Below, piece by piece: positions 26,513 to 36,072 of a stretch of DNA of 64,000 nucleotides (position 1 is its first letter; each line of letters starts with the position of its first letter). Made by a program: the position numbers and the translations under genes. The stretch spans positions 303,463 through 367,462 of the forward strand of contig CAYGDX010000001.1 in NCBI GenBank assembly GCA_964348825.1, written 5' to 3'. The DNA comes from an uncultured Gammaproteobacteria bacterium (lineage in GTDB: Bacteria; Patescibacteriota; Patescibacteriia; Veblenbacterales; UBA10138). The notes below the pieces were generated by a model. That model did no database searches. It saw nothing but the letters and a program-made list of their open reading frames with translations, and was not told where the DNA came from.

Positions 26513-26640
26513 AAATCCTAAGATCTAAACTCTAAATCCTAAATAAATCCTAATGACTAAAATTTAAAAAAATTTTAATATTTTAGATTTATAATTTTAA
26601 TATTTTTTTAGGAATTAGAAATTTGGATTTAGGATTTAGA
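26513..26640. repeat. AT-rich intergenic inverted-repeat element, family 1, copy 3 (more diverged)
   Basis: AAATAAATCCTAATGACTAAAAT...TTTGGATTTAGGATTTAGA, same word set and dyad organisation as copies 1 and 2. Confidence 0.5.
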
Positions 26641-27759
26641 TTAAAGCCACCCTCCTGAATCCACTTCCTCATTATCTCTACTATCCAGTAGTTTAATCGC
26701 CTCTCGTTGCTTTTTAGATAGCTTGTGAGGTGTTTTAACTTGAATGGTGGCTAGTAAGTCACCTCGGTCGCCACCTCGTAAATAAGGCACGCCCTTGGCG
26801 CTTAGTTTAAAGGTTTGACCACTTTCAGTACCGGCTGGTATTTTAAGTAGCACGTCGCCATCTAAAGTATGTATTTTTACACTACCACCCAAAGTAGCAA
26901 GCGGTAAACTAATTTCTTGATCCATTAATAAATTAAAGCCACGACGTTTAAATTTTTTATCAGGTCGTACTTCAATATTAAGTAATAAATCGCCAGCTAC
27001 GCCACCGCGCGCGCCCGGCTCGCCTTCGCCATTTAATTTAATAGCTTGACCATCATCTATGCCTGCGGGAATTTTAACATTAAGCTCTTTAATGCCGTGT
27101 TCACTGCCATGGCCCTTACATTTAGTGCAAAGTTTATCTATGCGTTTACCTTCACCACCACAATCGTGACAAACGCGTATAGAACGCATATTACCCATAA
27201 TTGTTCTTTGAATTTGTTCCACTTCCCCACGGCCATTACAGGTTTTACAAGTTTCTATTTTTGAGCCGGGTTCTGAACCCGCGCCCGCACAATGAGAACA
27301 TTTTATTAATTTTTCAAAACGTAAATTTTTTTCTACACCAAAAACACTTTCTTTAAAATCAATCGCGGTAGTAAATTCCAAATCACTCCCCCGCTTTGGG
27401 CCAGTTTTGCGGCGCCCGTGACTGCTTCCACCCATACCAAATAAATCACCAAAAATATCACCCAAATCATTCATATCAACATTAAATCCGCCACTGCTAA
27501 AACCACCGGCGTTTTGCCAATTAAAACCACCGCCCCCACCACCCATATTTTGGTAATCAGAGCCAAATTGATCGTACTGCTTTCGTTTGTCAGTATCAGA
27601 TAATGTTTGGTAGGCCTCGTTTATTTCTTTAAATTTTGCTTCGTTGCCACCTTTTTTATCAGGATGGTGTTGGTGCGCGAGTTTACGAAAAGCCTTCTTA
27701 ATTTCATCGGGCGAGGCGGATTTTGAAACGCCGAGTAGAGAATAATAATCTTTGGGCAT
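26641..27759 (-). CDS. dnaJ: molecular chaperone DnaJ
   Basis: J domain YYSLLGV...HPDK, G/F-rich linker, four CxxCxGxG zinc-finger repeats, C-terminal domains. Confidence 0.9.
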   Translation of the reverse strand: MPKDYYSLLGVSKSASPDEIKKAFRKLAHQHHPDKKGGNEAKFKEINEAYQTLSDTDKRKQYDQFGSDYQNMGGGGGGFNWQNAGGFSSGGFNVDMNDLGDIFGDLFGMGGSSHGRRKTGPKRGSDLEFTTAIDFKESVFGVEKNLRFEKLIKCSHCAGAGSEPGSKIETCKTCNGRGEVEQIQRTIMGNMRSIRVCHDCGGEGKRIDKLCTKCKGHGSEHGIKELNVKIPAGIDDGQAIKLNGEGEPGARGGVAGDLLLNIEVRPDKKFKRRGFNLLMDQEISLPLATLGGSVKIHTLDGDVLLKIPAGTESGQTFKLSAKGVPYLRGGDRGDLLATIQVKTPHKLSKKQREAIKLLDSRDNEEVDSGGWL

Positions 27760-27798
27760 AAGTTTAGGGTGTAGTGAGTAGGGTGTAGGGTATAAAAT

Positions 27799-28152
27799 TT
27801 ATTTATTTATTTTGCTCATCATGCTATTTAACATACGCAAAACTTCTTCTAGTATTTGTTCTGCGATTTTGGTATTTACTTGAGAATATTGTCGTGATGT
27901 AATTATTAATTGTGTTTCTAATTCCGACGCGGAACCAAAAGATATGGCTAAAAATTGTCTATATTCAGCCGTATGATTACGACGATAACCCTCGGCAATA
28001 TTTGATGGAATTGATATAGCGGCGCGTCTCATTTGTGAGACCAAACCAAACATTTCTTCTTTAGGAAGTTCGCGGGTTAATTTGTAAATTTCGTCAACTA
28101 AAATAATACTTTTTTGCCAAACATTTAATTCTTTATAAGATAATAGCGTCAT
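27799..28152 (-). CDS. four-helix-bundle protein (TIGR02436 family, the class often found in rRNA intervening sequences)
   Basis: 117 aa; E...R...A...SIPSNIAEGY...F...A.GS..ELETQL pattern typical of this family; flanked by complementary G-rich and C-rich motif blocks. Confidence 0.7.
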   Translation of the reverse strand: MTLLSYKELNVWQKSIILVDEIYKLTRELPKEEMFGLVSQMRRAAISIPSNIAEGYRRNHTAEYRQFLAISFGSASELETQLIITSRQYSQVNTKIAEQILEEVLRMLNSMMSKINK

Positions 28153-28196
28153 AAAATAATTGTACTACCCGCTACCCCCTACTGCCTATACCCTTA

Positions 28197-28484
28197 CTAA
28201 GTTGTTTTAAAACCAATCTCCGGAGTGTTACTTGTCCCTTCATCAATTTTACCAAATTGCTCTTCGTATTTTTTAACATTTTCAGCTAGGGCGGCAGACA
28301 AACGTTTGGTATGGGCTGGGTTTAAAAATACTCGCGCCGTTACAATGCCTTGTGGCGGCATCATATTTAAAAAATCAATCACAAATTCTTCTTTAGTATG
28401 CGCAATTTGCGCCATATTGGAGTAAACTCCTTTTAGCACGTCATCTGTAACTTTAACTTGGATTTGTTGTGGTTGGTTGGACAT
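28197..28484 (-). CDS. DUF3467-like small protein (commonly linked to dnaK/dnaJ loci)
   Basis: 95 aa; family name recalled from memory, not verifiable here; position between dnaK and dnaJ. Confidence 0.55.
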   Translation of the reverse strand: MSNQPQQIQVKVTDDVLKGVYSNMAQIAHTKEEFVIDFLNMMPPQGIVTARVFLNPAHTKRLSAALAENVKKYEEQFGKIDEGTSNTPEIGFKTT

Positions 28485-28569
28485 AAGATTGACAAAATAT
28501 AAATTACTGTTAAAATGTATTCAAATAAATAATTAACTAACATATTATACAACAAATTGGAGTTTAACA

Positions 28570-28866
28570 ATGAAATTCTATCAAACAAACACTTTTGCTT
28601 TTATTGTCACAACGATCTTACTTGGGATATTTATTACAATTTTTGTTATTGATTGGCAGATAAACGCAGAGGAAATAGGATCAACGCCTTATGTTGGCGT
28701 GGGTGTAACCGAGGTGTTGCCTGGTATCAGAGTGATAAATGATCGCCCACCTCCGCCGTTTAATCCATTAATAGCACTAATTATGATGATTATATTTGTT
28801 ATATGGTGCGACTATTTGGGTGATATAATAAAGATCCTCCGCCGTAATCGTAAAGCAATTACTTAA
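28570..28866 (+). CDS. hypothetical small membrane protein
   Basis: 98 aa, two hydrophobic helices; SD GGAG upstream; possible TTGACA-16-TAAAAT promoter at 28489-28516. Confidence 0.4.
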   Translation: MKFYQTNTFAFIVTTILLGIFITIFVIDWQINAEEIGSTPYVGVGVTEVLPGIRVINDRPPPPFNPLIALIMMIIFVIWCDYLGDIIKILRRNRKAIT

Positions 28867-28936
28867 TCAACAAAAAATTAACAGTAAGTTGTATGAGTTC
28901 TCTATATTTATGAGGACTCTTTTTATTACAAATATT

Positions 28937-30838
28937 TTATTCTTTCTTAACCTCTTCAAAATCTCCCTTAATTGGTTCATCTTTTTTATCAGCTGAAGCG
29001 GCGTCGGTATTCTGACTCTCTGACTTTTGACTTTCGGCCTGCGCCTTGTACATCGCCTCCCCTATTTTGATAGCTGATTGTTGTAAAGCATCCATCGCCG
29101 ATTTTATAGCTGACATATCTTCACCATCTTTAACTTTTTTTACTTCTTCTAATTTCGCTTCCACTTCGGTTTTAATTTCGGCTGGTACTTTATCGCCTTG
29201 ATCCTTCAACATTTTTTCAGTTTGATACACTGTGGAATCAGCCACATTTTTCAAATCAATTAATTCACGTTTGGTTTTATCTTCCGTGGCGTGCAGTTCG
29301 GCTTCTTTTTTCATTTTTTCTACTTCGTCTTTTGATAAGCCAGATGATGCGGTAATGGTAATATGTTGCTCTTTATTAGTAGCTTTGTCTTTAGCCTTCA
29401 CATTTAAAATACCATTGGCATCAATATCAAAAGTTACCTCCACTTGAGGCATACCGCGTGGTGCTGGTGGAATGCCATCTAAAATAAATTGGCCCAAAGT
29501 TTTATTATCTTTGGCAAATTCACGCTCACCTTGGAGCACATGAATTTCCACGGAAGTTTGACCATCAGCGGCAGTTGAGAAGATTTGTGATTTAGAAGTT
29601 GGTACAGTAGTATTGCGGTCGATTAACTTAGTTGATACACCGCCTAGAGTTTCAATGCCGAGAGATAATGGCGTAACGTCAAGTAGTAATACATCTTTTA
29701 CTTCGCCTTGGAGTACACCAGCTTGAACAGCCGCGCCTAAAGCCACCACTTCATCGGGATTCACGGTAATATTAGGTTTTTTGCCAAAGAATTTTTCTAC
29801 CGTGGCAAGTACGAGTGGCATACGAGTCATACCACCCACTAACACCACTTCATTGATATCAGAAGTTTTAAGACCAGCATCGCTCAAAGCTTTTTTGGTT
29901 GGCTCTAAAGTTTTTTCCACTAAATCATTTACAATTTCTTCGAGCTTCGCCCGAGTTAATTTCATTACTAAATGTTTTGGGCCTTCGGCGCCGGAAGTAA
30001 TAAATGGTTGATTGATTTCAGTTTCGCCAGCGGTGGATAATTCAATTTTGGCTTTTTCAGCCGCTTCTTTTACGCGTTGGAGGGCTAAATTATCTTTACC
30101 TAAATCAATCCCATTTTGTTTTTTAAATTCATCAATAATGAAGCCGATAATTCTTTGGTCAAAATCATCGCCACCCAAATGCGTATCGCCATTAGTAGCT
30201 TTCACTTCCACAGTGTCGGCTGAGACCTCTAAAATAGAAATATCAAAAGTACCGCCACCTAAATCGTACACGGCGATTTTCTCATCTTTTTTCTTATCAA
30301 AACCATAAGCGAGCGCCGCGGCCGTTGGCTCGTTAATAATACGCATAACCTTGAGGCCAGCAATTTCACCGGCGTCTTTAGTGGCTTGGCGCTGAGCATC
30401 ATCAAAATAAGCTGGCACAGTAATTACGGCCTCAGTAATTTTTTCACCCAACTTTTCTTCGGCGTCAGCTTTAATTTTTTGTAAAATCATAGCCGAAATT
30501 TCTTGGGGAGAATATTCTTTACCTTGCAAAACTACTTTTACGCCATCGCCAGCTTTAACTAGTTTGAATGGTAAAACTTTAAGATCACGTTGCACTTCGG
30601 CATCGTCCCAGCGACGGCCGATAAGGCGTTTAATAGAGTAAAGTGTATTTTCTGGGTTGGTAACAGATTGGCGTTTAGCTAGTAAGCCAACCAAACGTTC
30701 GCCAGTTTTTGACATTGCGACTACCGAAGGTGTAGTACGCGCACCTTCTTTGTTTTCAAGTACCTTGGGCTCCCCGCCTTCAATAATAGCTACGCAGGAG
30801 TTGGTTGTACCAAGGTCGATTCCTAAAATTTTAGCCAT
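28937..30838 (-). CDS. dnaK: molecular chaperone DnaK (Hsp70)
   Basis: Full-length Hsp70 with [16 protein letters not shown] and EEVD-like acidic tail. Confidence 0.95.
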   Translation of the reverse strand: MAKILGIDLGTTNSCVAIIEGGEPKVLENKEGARTTPSVVAMSKTGERLVGLLAKRQSVTNPENTLYSIKRLIGRRWDDAEVQRDLKVLPFKLVKAGDGVKVVLQGKEYSPQEISAMILQKIKADAEEKLGEKITEAVITVPAYFDDAQRQATKDAGEIAGLKVMRIINEPTAAALAYGFDKKKDEKIAVYDLGGGTFDISILEVSADTVEVKATNGDTHLGGDDFDQRIIGFIIDEFKKQNGIDLGKDNLALQRVKEAAEKAKIELSTAGETEINQPFITSGAEGPKHLVMKLTRAKLEEIVNDLVEKTLEPTKKALSDAGLKTSDINEVVLVGGMTRMPLVLATVEKFFGKKPNITVNPDEVVALGAAVQAGVLQGEVKDVLLLDVTPLSLGIETLGGVSTKLIDRNTTVPTSKSQIFSTAADGQTSVEIHVLQGEREFAKDNKTLGQFILDGIPPAPRGMPQVEVTFDIDANGILNVKAKDKATNKEQHITITASSGLSKDEVEKMKKEAELHATEDKTKRELIDLKNVADSTVYQTEKMLKDQGDKVPAEIKTEVEAKLEEVKKVKDGEDMSAIKSAMDALQQSAIKIGEAMYKAQAESQKSESQNTDAASADKKDEPIKGDFEEVKKE

Positions 30839-30862
30839 AATTATATAAAGTAAAAGATTAAA

Positions 30863-30940
30863 TTAAGATTTATTCGCCCTGCCCGCCGTAGCTAGCAAGC
30901 GAAGGTGGGTACCAAGGTCGATTCCGAGAATTTTAGACAT
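30863..30940 (-). other. 32-bp near-identical duplicate of the dnaK start (ATG plus the first 9 codons), forming a 25-codon mini-ORF upstream of dnaK
   Basis: GTACCAAGGTCGATTCCGAGAATTTTAGACAT at 30909-30940 vs GTACCAAGGTCGATTCCTAAAATTTTAGCCAT at 30807-30838 (29/32 identical); minus-strand translation [25 protein letters not shown]. Confidence 0.5.
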
Positions 30941-31063
30941 AGATTTTTAGGTTAATAATTTGACAATTTAAGTATAAAATATTAAAATTGATGTAAATTA
31001 CGTTTAAATTAAATAAAAATATTTCAATATTCAATAACAGTTCTTTAAATACAGGAGCCACAT

Positions 31064-31285
31064 ATGTTTAAATTCCATCAAATCTTATTACCAAGGGCCC
31101 AATTTGCATTACTCTGTAAAACAGTAGTGCCAGTTTTACTACTCGGAATGTTAATAATAGTTTCTGCAGGAATACACCCCCCGTTACTTAGCGTCTTTGT
31201 GTGCATCATGGCGTTAGTTTCTATGGTTTTTTTCTGCAGATACCTACTTCTTAATTTATCCGTTCTTGATCCCAGTTTTAAATAG
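31064..31285 (+). CDS. hypothetical small membrane protein
   Basis: 73 aa hydrophobic ORF; SD AGGAG 7 nt upstream; TTGACA-17-TAAAAT promoter at 30960-30988; hairpin terminator downstream. Confidence 0.45.
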   Translation: MFKFHQILLPRAQFALLCKTVVPVLLLGMLIIVSAGIHPPLLSVFVCIMALVSMVFFCRYLLLNLSVLDPSFK

Positions 31286-31345
31286 ATAAAATCATTTCAT
31301 TTTATTCTGGAATTTATTAAACTGATAAATCAGTTACCTGCTAAA

Positions 31346-31378
31346 GCGTCCGTGTATAAAATACGGGCGCATTTTTTA
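31346..31378. terminator. hairpin terminator (GCGTCCGTG-TATAAAA-TACGGGCGC plus T-run) shared by convergent genes
   Basis: Stem-loop followed by TTTTTT on the plus strand; abuts the hsp20 stop codon. Confidence 0.55.
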
Positions 31379-31801
31379 TTATTTAATTTGCACTTTCACT
31401 GTCTTCGGTTTAGCCCGTTCTTCTTTTGGAATTATAACTTTCAATATCCCCTTTTCATAAGTGGCTTGAGCTTTGTCGCCGTTAACAGCGGTTGGTAAGG
31501 CGGCTGAGCGATGGAAAGAGCCAGCCCGAATTTCTTTGCGGTAATAATTTTTTTCATCTACTTCGGTTTTTTGTTCCGAGCGTCCCTCAATCGTTAATAC
31601 ATCATTCTCAATTGAAATATTTACTTTATTAGGATCAATACCGGGTAGTGGTGTTTCTACGATTACTTCATCATTGGTTTGATAAATATCAAGCGCGGGT
31701 ACAAAGTTTGATAAATTAAAAGAGTTTGCACCTGATTCGTCAAACCAGTTATCTAAATTTTGTAAGGATGGCCACATTGGGCTCCAGCGGATTAATGACA
31801 T
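31379..31801 (-). CDS. Hsp20/alpha-crystallin family small heat-shock protein
   Basis: Alpha-crystallin domain pattern (PALDIYQTNDEVIVETPLPG...AGSFHRSAALP...A.YEKGILKVIIPK). Confidence 0.85.
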   Translation of the reverse strand: MSLIRWSPMWPSLQNLDNWFDESGANSFNLSNFVPALDIYQTNDEVIVETPLPGIDPNKVNISIENDVLTIEGRSEQKTEVDEKNYYRKEIRAGSFHRSAALPTAVNGDKAQATYEKGILKVIIPKEERAKPKTVKVQIK

Positions 31802-31893
31802 AAATTTATTGGTTAATAATTAGAATAGGATTATCTCCGAGCCAGACGTACCTCTAAAATGAGATACGTCCGGGCTCGAGTGAGGAATAATTA

Positions 31894-32034
31894 TTATTCC
31901 TCAGTTTCTTCCTCGTCGGTATTTTTTCCCGGTTCCTCGCCCACTTCATCAATGGGGATAAGTGGTACGTCACATGACGGACAGCGACCGCGCGCTTCAT
32001 CAGTGTAACCACATTCCGGACAGATGTAGTCCAT
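31894..32034 (-). CDS. small zinc-ribbon protein (CPxCG...CPxC), not in the supplied ORF track
   Basis: Minus-strand translation MDYICPECGYTDEARGRCPSCDVPLIPIDEVGEEPGKNTDEEETEE*; sits between grpE and hsp20. Confidence 0.5.
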   Translation of the reverse strand: MDYICPECGYTDEARGRCPSCDVPLIPIDEVGEEPGKNTDEEETEE

Positions 32035-32151
32035 AGTGTTTGGTTAATGATTAATTTTTAATCCGTAAATGTTTCGTGGAGAAGACCACGTTTCTTTTTA
32101 CGAGATTGCCCCGTGACTGGCACGGAATGATTACATTATAATTGTTTATTA

Positions 32152-32682
32152 TTATTTAGCAACTTTTACGCGCGCGGCCTGCAGTACTTTATCGTGGAGT
32201 AAAAAGCCGGTGCGAATTTCTTCTATAATTATATCGCTATTTTGTCCGCTATTTTCTACTTGACCAACTGCTTCGTGGAGTTCAGGATTAAATTTTTCTC
32301 CGACCACTTCCATTTCTTTTATGCCATGATAAGCCAGTATTTGCTCAAGTTTTGATTGAATATGACGAACACCTTCTACCCAAGCCAAACCCTTTTGTTC
32401 TTGCGGTACGGCACGTAGCGCTTGTTTAAAATAATCTACTAATGGTAATAATTCTTGTAAAAGTTCTACGTTGGCATATTTAATTAATTCTAAATGCTTT
32501 AAATCAGTTTCTTTTTTTAAATTAGCGTAATCTGAACGCGCCCTTTGCCAGCCAGCCAAGTATTCGTTGGCTTTAATCTCCCAATCGCTCGCCTCTTTAT
32601 TAATAGCGGTTTCATTGGGTGTAGCTTCGGTAACTTCAGTTGCTTTGTTATTTGGTATATTGTTATTTAAATCATCAGGCAT
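32152..32682 (-). CDS. grpE: nucleotide exchange factor GrpE
   Basis: GrpE coiled-coil plus C-terminal beta domain; immediately downstream of hrcA (1-nt gap). Confidence 0.85.
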   Translation of the reverse strand: MPDDLNNNIPNNKATEVTEATPNETAINKEASDWEIKANEYLAGWQRARSDYANLKKETDLKHLELIKYANVELLQELLPLVDYFKQALRAVPQEQKGLAWVEGVRHIQSKLEQILAYHGIKEMEVVGEKFNPELHEAVGQVENSGQNSDIIIEEIRTGFLLHDKVLQAARVKVAK

Positions 32683-32683
32683 A

Positions 32684-33382
32684 TTAATTTTTGTGAAAAA
32701 TAGAATTTATAAATTCAAGTCGGCCTAAATTTGTTTCGTAGTCAAGTCGAGTGGGCCCGAGCAATCCTAATAAATTTTTATTATTTTGAGTTGTGGGAAG
32801 CCAAGTGAAAATTACCGCGCAATCTTCGCCAAATGGATTATTTGACCCTAGTTTTATTTGCACTAATTCTTTGTTTATTCCGTCGCGCCATAATTTTTCC
32901 ATTGCCTCTTCCAAATGATCAATAATAGAGCTAAATTCGCGCACCATTTTTATATGAGCAAATTCTGGTTGGGCAAATAAATTGGCGAGGCCAGTGTAAT
33001 AAACATCGTTTGGTGCGAAGCCGACCATAGCCGCTACTCCAGAAATTTCTGCTAGTTCGCGCGCTATATTTTTTAAAATTAAATCTGATTCTGAAGTTGT
33101 ACTAATAATCTCTTGCCAAAAATTTTGTTCGGAATTTTTTAATGACTGGGCACTCGCGAGTTTACTAACAAAATATTCATAACCAAGAGTGGTTGGAATA
33201 CGGCCGGCTGAGGTGTGTGGTTGAGTTAAAAATCCCTCGTTTTCAAGCTCGGCCATATCATTTCTAATCGTAGCTGAACTAACACCAAGTTCGCCTTCTA
33301 AAGTGTGTGAGCCAACTGGTTCAGCTTTTTTAGTATAACTTTCTATAACAGCTCGCAGTAACTGGTCTTTGCGTGATAACAT
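32684..33382 (-). CDS. hrcA: heat-inducible transcription repressor HrcA (short form)
   Basis: N-terminal winged-helix domain (VGSHTLEGELGVSSATIRNDMAELENEGFL); preceded by a CIRCE element. Confidence 0.8.
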   Translation of the reverse strand: MLSRKDQLLRAVIESYTKKAEPVGSHTLEGELGVSSATIRNDMAELENEGFLTQPHTSAGRIPTTLGYEYFVSKLASAQSLKNSEQNFWQEIISTTSESDLILKNIARELAEISGVAAMVGFAPNDVYYTGLANLFAQPEFAHIKMVREFSSIIDHLEEAMEKLWRDGINKELVQIKLGSNNPFGEDCAVIFTWLPTTQNNKNLLGLLGPTRLDYETNLGRLEFINSIFHKN

Positions 33383-33392
33383 AGTTTTATGA

Positions 33393-33419
33393 TTAGCACT
33401 CGCAACGTTAGAGTGCTAA
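33393..33419 (-). promoter_or_regulatory. CIRCE operator (TTAGCACTC-N9-GAGTGCTAA), HrcA binding site
   Basis: Perfect match to the CIRCE consensus 11 nt upstream of the hrcA start. Confidence 0.85.
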
Positions 33420-33559
33420 TGACAGTGTAGTAAGATTAAAAAAACTTGTCAAGAGAAGTTGTGGATAAGTTAATAATTTGGCTAATATTAGGTAATTTTA
33501 TGTAATAAAAACCGTCTCGTTTATACAAGACGGTTGGAGAAATATCATTTATTTTTTTA

Positions 33560-34465
33560 TTAACGCCATTTGTTACTGAGCCAACTTTTCTTTATGTTTG
33601 TTACCATAAAACTTAGAAGAGTTGTAACACTCGGGTCAGCAAGATTAGCATTATTTATAACTTCATCTTCAATAAATTTATTGAGATTTTGGGAATTAAA
33701 TGTGTCGGTCACAACTCCGACGCCCAATACTTGCATTCCTAAATAATGAGCAACTGTGGCTTCGGGAATCATAGATAAAGTACAGATTATGCATCTATTT
33801 TTTTCAGCTAATTGATATTCACCAGCGGTTTCGATAGATGGTCCTTTAAATGCCATAGCGCGACCAGTTCTTAAATTTGGTAAACCATTAGTACGTAAGG
33901 TGAGCGCCAGACTTATTAATTTTTTACTATACACTTCTGACATATCTGGAAATCTTGGCCCTAGGTTTAAATCTGTACCAGCTAAAGGATTGTCCCCCAT
34001 AAGATTAGTGTGGTCATTAACTAATACTAAATCTCTGGGTTTTAAACCGCGAATACTACTACCACCGACAGCGCTAGTTATAAACAAAGCTTTTACACCG
34101 AGTTGTCTGATAACATAAGTTAGAAATGTTACCTCGCGCATAGTATAGCCCTCATAAAAATGAGGTCGGCCGTTAAGTACTAACACTGGCACTTTATTTA
34201 AATAACCAAAAATAAGAACACCATTGTGGCTACGAGAACTTACACCCACGCAATGTGGAATATCGTTGTAGGATATTCGAATCACTTTTGTAAGGCAATT
34301 TATTAGATTATTTCCGATTCCTGTTCCAGTGATTATCCCGCATAGAGGGTGAAATTCAGACGTTGTTTCGTGTATTTTTGATCTAATGTATTTAGCCGCT
34401 TCTTTTACTTGGGTAAGAAAATTTACAGCATCATCAGATAATGTATTTTTATTATTTTTTTTCAC
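33560..34465 (-). CDS. purine nucleoside phosphorylase / MTA phosphorylase family (PNP-I)
   Basis: ITGTGIGN, GRPHFYEGY, ITSAVGGS and TLSMIPEATVA motifs of the PNP/MTAP family. Confidence 0.75.
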   Translation of the reverse strand: MKKNNKNTLSDDAVNFLTQVKEAAKYIRSKIHETTSEFHPLCGIITGTGIGNNLINCLTKVIRISYNDIPHCVGVSSRSHNGVLIFGYLNKVPVLVLNGRPHFYEGYTMREVTFLTYVIRQLGVKALFITSAVGGSSIRGLKPRDLVLVNDHTNLMGDNPLAGTDLNLGPRFPDMSEVYSKKLISLALTLRTNGLPNLRTGRAMAFKGPSIETAGEYQLAEKNRCIICTLSMIPEATVAHYLGMQVLGVGVVTDTFNSQNLNKFIEDEVINNANLADPSVTTLLSFMVTNIKKSWLSNKWR

Positions 34466-34555
34466 TTGATTGCCTTTTTATTGTTGTTAAAAAACAGTTA
34501 TTTGATTTTTATTACTTTAATACGTTACTCTCCCCTACTTTTTAAGTCAAGACAT

Positions 34556-35806
34556 TTATTCTCGCCGCAAGGCCTCAATTGGATCTAAGTTAGCGGCTTG
34601 ACGGGCAGGGTAAAGCCCGAAAATTAACCCACAAGCTACGGCAAAACCTGCGCTGAGTAAAATTGAATATAGTGGTAAGGTAAATGGCCAAGCGTAGCCA
34701 AAAGCGCTAGCTGCTTTAGAAATTAAAAATGCTACCAATCCCCCACTCATAATTCCTACCACGCCACCTAAGCTACAAATAATTACCGCTTCCATTAAAA
34801 ATTGTCGTAAAATATTTTCGCGAGTCGCGCCGACCGCTTTACGCAAACCAATTTCAAAAGTACGTTCTAGTATTGAAACATACATAATATTCATAATCCC
34901 TACTCCACCAACAATTAAAGAAATAGCGGCCAGAGCAATTAAAAGTAAAGTAAAGCCACCGATAATTATATCTAAAGTGTCCATTACTTCCGCTTGAGTA
35001 GTAATTACAAAATCATCTTTCACACCAGTATTATCAGAAATTTTATGGCGAGTGCGTAGTAGATCTTCAATATTAGCGACGGTTGTTGGCACTTTACTTT
35101 CGTCAGCGTATTGGTTGGTGATAAATGATATGTAATTAATGCCGAGGATTTGTTTTTGTAAAGTTCTGATTGGTATATAAACAAAAGTGTCAAAATTAAA
35201 AAACATGGCCGCACCGCGTGGAGCAAATACACCAATCACTTGAAAATCTAAACCCTTAATACTTAAGCGCCGACCAACGATATCATCGGTACCAAATAAA
35301 TCTTGCGCCACTTCACTACCTAAAACTGCCACTCGAGCTTGGGAATTATCTTCTGTCTCAGTGTAAAAACGACCAGTAGCGAGCTTAGCGGCTGTATCAA
35401 TTTTAGCTACTTCAGGCGAAGCGCCAAAAATATTAATTGTTTTTCTAGTGCCCATAGCTTGAGCCAAAGCTTGCCCGATTTGCCCAGCATAATTATCTTT
35501 AATATTTGGTAAGCGACGCATTGCCTTCATATCCTCTAAAGTTAAAGTTGTTACTACATTACCAAAAGCTTGTGCTTGCTGACTTTCAACCGTGGTACTT
35601 TCAGGTAATTTTGGCTCCACTTGAATTAAACTACTACCAAAAGTATTAAATTGATCAACAATAAAACCTTTCACACCTTGGGCGGAAGAAATAACAATTA
35701 TCACTGAGGCAATACTAATAACTACGCCAAGCCCAGCCAGCGCGGCGCGTAGCTTGTGGCGGAGTAGATTATGGATAGCGAGATGGTAGTATTGGTTTAG
35801 GAGCAT
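34556..35806 (-). CDS. ABC transporter permease, MacB/FtsX-like
   Basis: N-terminal TM, large periplasmic domain, C-terminal FtsX 4-TM domain ending ...DPIEALRRE. Confidence 0.8.
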   Translation of the reverse strand: MLLNQYYHLAIHNLLRHKLRAALAGLGVVISIASVIIVISSAQGVKGFIVDQFNTFGSSLIQVEPKLPESTTVESQQAQAFGNVVTTLTLEDMKAMRRLPNIKDNYAGQIGQALAQAMGTRKTINIFGASPEVAKIDTAAKLATGRFYTETEDNSQARVAVLGSEVAQDLFGTDDIVGRRLSIKGLDFQVIGVFAPRGAAMFFNFDTFVYIPIRTLQKQILGINYISFITNQYADESKVPTTVANIEDLLRTRHKISDNTGVKDDFVITTQAEVMDTLDIIIGGFTLLLIALAAISLIVGGVGIMNIMYVSILERTFEIGLRKAVGATRENILRQFLMEAVIICSLGGVVGIMSGGLVAFLISKAASAFGYAWPFTLPLYSILLSAGFAVACGLIFGLYPARQAANLDPIEALRRE

Positions 35807-35871
35807 AAGTTAGTGAGAGTCACGCCTCATCGGAGGATAAATAAGAGTGTAGAGTAAGAGTTTTGTTTTGT

Positions 35872-35898
35872 GTCATTCCCGCGGAGGCGGGAATCCAG
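35872..35898. repeat. GC-rich palindromic element (GTCATTCCCGC-GGAG-GCGGGAATCCAG), copy 2
   Basis: Inverted orientation of the 11732 and 49189 copies. Confidence 0.55.
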
Positions 35899-36072
35899 AA
35901 ATCACTAATGACTAATTTCTAATGTCTAAAAATCACCAATAATCAAATTCCAATTCCCAAAATTTAGTAAACCATGTTTTAGTACTACTTGGGGATTGGG
36001 TCTTGGGATTTGGGAATTAAATATTTTAGTCATTTTTAGAAATTAGTGATTAGAAATTAGAAATTTACAACC

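Noticed and set aside
29232-30848. Plus-strand ORFs within dnaK (29232-29447, 29781-30011, 30012-30308, 30657-30848)
   Set aside because: They are antisense to the highly conserved dnaK and have low-complexity Ser/Thr-rich translations, so they are artefacts.
35807-36072. Possible CRISPR array in the repeat-rich spacers (35807-36072, 52190-52444, 15360-15520)
   Set aside because: The repeats are short words in both orientations without regularly spaced identical direct repeats or unique spacers, and no cas genes are nearby. They fit inverted-repeat and low-complexity elements instead.
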